From positions 98,789 to 162,788 of IMG/VR virus record IMGVR_UViG_2974506819_000001: a stretch of 64,000 nucleotides of DNA; one strand, 5' to 3'. The stretch comes from a virus. Taxonomy: Duplodnaviria; Heunggongvirae; Uroviricota; Caudoviricetes. The notes under the pieces are model-generated. The model did no database searches, was not told the origin of the DNA, and worked only from the letters and a program-made list of their open reading frames with translations. The translations under genes were made by a program, and so were the position numbers. The stretch's first letter is position 1. Each line of letters starts with the position of its first letter. This document shows positions 62,693 through 64,000 of this stretch, piece by piece.

Positions 62693-63628
62693 ATGACCAC
62701 GGAGAAACCTAAAATGACCAGCACGCCCTTAGAGCTCTTCGAAGCTTTTGAAGAGTTACAGTCTGACATCTTTGCCAAACACGAAGGTGAGAGTATTACA
62801 CCTGAGTTATTAGGTCGGGTTGAAGCTGATTTCTTCGATGCAATTAACCTGTGGCGTTACCGTCCCTCGTTGATTCCTCGTACTAAGGGCCGTCTGTTGT
62901 CCGTAAAGGTAACAGTAAATGAAGCGGGTAATGGCCTTACTGTTACTCCCAGCGATGATCTGAAAACAATCCTGGAAGATCTCATTCGTGAGGCCCTCCG
63001 TGATAAGAACTCGTTTCACTCAAGGAATCACCCGATGCTTGAATCTGGACATTTCCGCTCACAGCTTAACCTGTTTGTAAAATACGACGGTCGACTGCTT
63101 AATCCGTTCTTGTCAACCATAGAACGGCCTGATGCAGAGAACCAGCACGTTGAACACCTGTTCATCGGATTCAGAAAATCTTTCGATCGGTTATTCCATA
63201 CCGATGGGTTTGAGAAAGAGTTCCCTGACCTCATCCGTCGGGCAGAACAATCCGGTAAAGCGACTCTGGCTAAATCCCATGTCGAGATTATCGTTATCAA
63301 GAGCGCGATGGGAATAAACCCTGAAACCTTGGTTAACGAACATAATCTGGGCGAGTACACCGGTCCTAAGCTGGTGTTAAGTGGGGGAGCGATAGATGTA
63401 CTGCACAAGCTGTTTTGGTTCGGCCCGCAAAACGTTGGCGACTTGCCTTCAAAAGCAGGTGAAAGCGAATTGCGAGAACTGGGCTATTGTCAGCGTATGC
63501 TTGTAAAGAACGCACCCAAAGACAGAGACCAGTGTGTCATCATGTTAACCGCCCCAGGGCTGCTGTACGCAATTAAGCAGTACCAAGCAGCCAAAAACTT
63601 ACCACCGTCTGATTCAGCAAAACTGTAA
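62693..63628 (+). CDS. Hypothetical protein (311 aa)
   Basis: ATG 3 nt after upstream stop (alternative ATG 62714 with SD ggag); strong terminator 63634-63671. Confidence 0.55.
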   Translation: MTTEKPKMTSTPLELFEAFEELQSDIFAKHEGESITPELLGRVEADFFDAINLWRYRPSLIPRTKGRLLSVKVTVNEAGNGLTVTPSDDLKTILEDLIREALRDKNSFHSRNHPMLESGHFRSQLNLFVKYDGRLLNPFLSTIERPDAENQHVEHLFIGFRKSFDRLFHTDGFEKEFPDLIRRAEQSGKATLAKSHVEIIVIKSAMGINPETLVNEHNLGEYTGPKLVLSGGAIDVLHKLFWFGPQNVGDLPSKAGESELRELGYCQRMLVKNAPKDRDQCVIMLTAPGLLYAIKQYQAAKNLPPSDSAKL

Positions 63629-63633
63629 CGTAT

Positions 63634-63671
63634 CAGGTGAGGGCTGATGCCCTCACCTGTGATTAGTTTTT
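63634..63671 (+). terminator. Rho-independent terminator before thyA
   Basis: 11-bp stem caggtgagggc / gccctcacctg, loop tgat, then tgattagttttt. Confidence 0.75.
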
Positions 63672-63734
63672 ACTGTCGGTATTATGGTATTAGTCAAGCA
63701 CATTTACTGACTTTACGGAATAGGATAATAAGCA

Positions 63735-64000
63735 ATGAAACAATATTTAGATATGGCGCGTCATGTACTGGAAACCGGCGTTGAAAAGAAAGACCGTACC
63801 GGCACAGGGACCCTGTCTGTATTTGGTTACCAAATGCGTTTTGACCTGGGTGAGGGTTTCCCGCTGGTGACCACGAAGAAGTGCCATATGCGTTCTATTA
63901 TCCATGAACTGCTGTGGTTCCTTAAAGGCGACACCAACATTCAATACCTCACTGACAACGGTGTCACCATTTGGGATGAGTGGGCGCTGAAAGAAGACGA
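63735..64000 (+). CDS. thyA: Thymidylate synthase (ThyA), N-terminal part; continues beyond window
   Basis: Near-canonical N-terminus [72 protein letters not shown]. Confidence 0.9.
   Translation, partial: MKQYLDMARHVLETGVEKKDRTGTGTLSVFGYQMRFDLGEGFPLVTTKKCHMRSIIHELLWFLKGDTNIQYLTDNGVTIWDEWALKED

Noticed and set aside
63747-63944. 65-aa minus-strand ORF inside thyA
   Set aside because: Antisense to a near-canonical thymidylate synthase N-terminus, so spurious.
1-64000. CRISPR arrays, integrases, transposases, DGR reverse transcriptase, toxin-antitoxin pairs
   Set aside because: None seen. No regularly spaced direct repeats, no RT or recombinase motifs in any frame I inspected. Small overlapping gene pairs lack recognisable toxin or antitoxin folds.

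Overview
This 64-kb window reads as one contiguous piece of a large virulent tailed-phage (Caudoviricetes) genome, not bacterial chromosome. The host is probably an enterobacterium, an inference from E. coli-like codon usage and the E. coli-like sequences of the Dam, RNase HI and SspB homologues. I count about 92 protein-coding genes, all but three on the + strand. They are tightly packed, with frequent 1-8 nt start/stop overlaps (ATGA, GTGA, TAATG). GC is about 50% by eye. I see no tRNA, CRISPR array, transposase or integrase.

Layout:
- 5' end (419-12634): a structural module. It holds a 245-aa protein that shares the fibre N-terminal domain, two paralogous ~1170-aa tail fibres, and a third ~1100-aa fibre/spike-like protein. 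These converge across a bidirectional terminator on a minus-strand gpV/gp5-like baseplate spike.
- 12.7-22.2 kb: DNA metabolism and lysis genes. These are a Rad50/SbcC-like ATPase with a CPEC zinc hook and no adjacent nuclease, an SLT lytic transglycosylase with a signal peptide, a HAD 5'-nucleotidase-like protein, an NAD+-dependent DNA ligase, and an RNase HI with a basic N-terminal extension.
- Further along: DHFR, PhoH, a MazG-like protein, an E. coli-type Dam methylase (minus strand, insulated by a bidirectional terminator), and a thymidylate synthase truncated at the 3' edge.
- The remainder is an accessory/early region of small genes, mostly of unknown function.

Most interesting candidates:
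- an SspB-like ClpXP adaptor homologue (23792-24253);
- a 2H (Acb1/LigT-like) phosphoesterase (25203-25637);
- a DEDDh exonuclease translationally coupled to a GNAT acetyltransferase (28242-29328);
- a small metallophosphoesterase coupled to an unknown partner (42984-43876);
- an SPFH/band-7 lipoprotein operon with small membrane partners (30761-32444);
- an SGNH esterase (34457-35938);
- a three-member paralogue family whose third member has its own promoter and terminator (44365-45746, 51099-51749);
- a recurring ~22-nt promoter-like motif, CTAYATYRTTAASGTGAATA, seen in 7-9 copies;
- a second motif, ATAACTACAATATC;
- a family of sequence-related CTACTCC-type terminator hairpins.

All functional calls come from motifs I recognised by eye. 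No database search was run.
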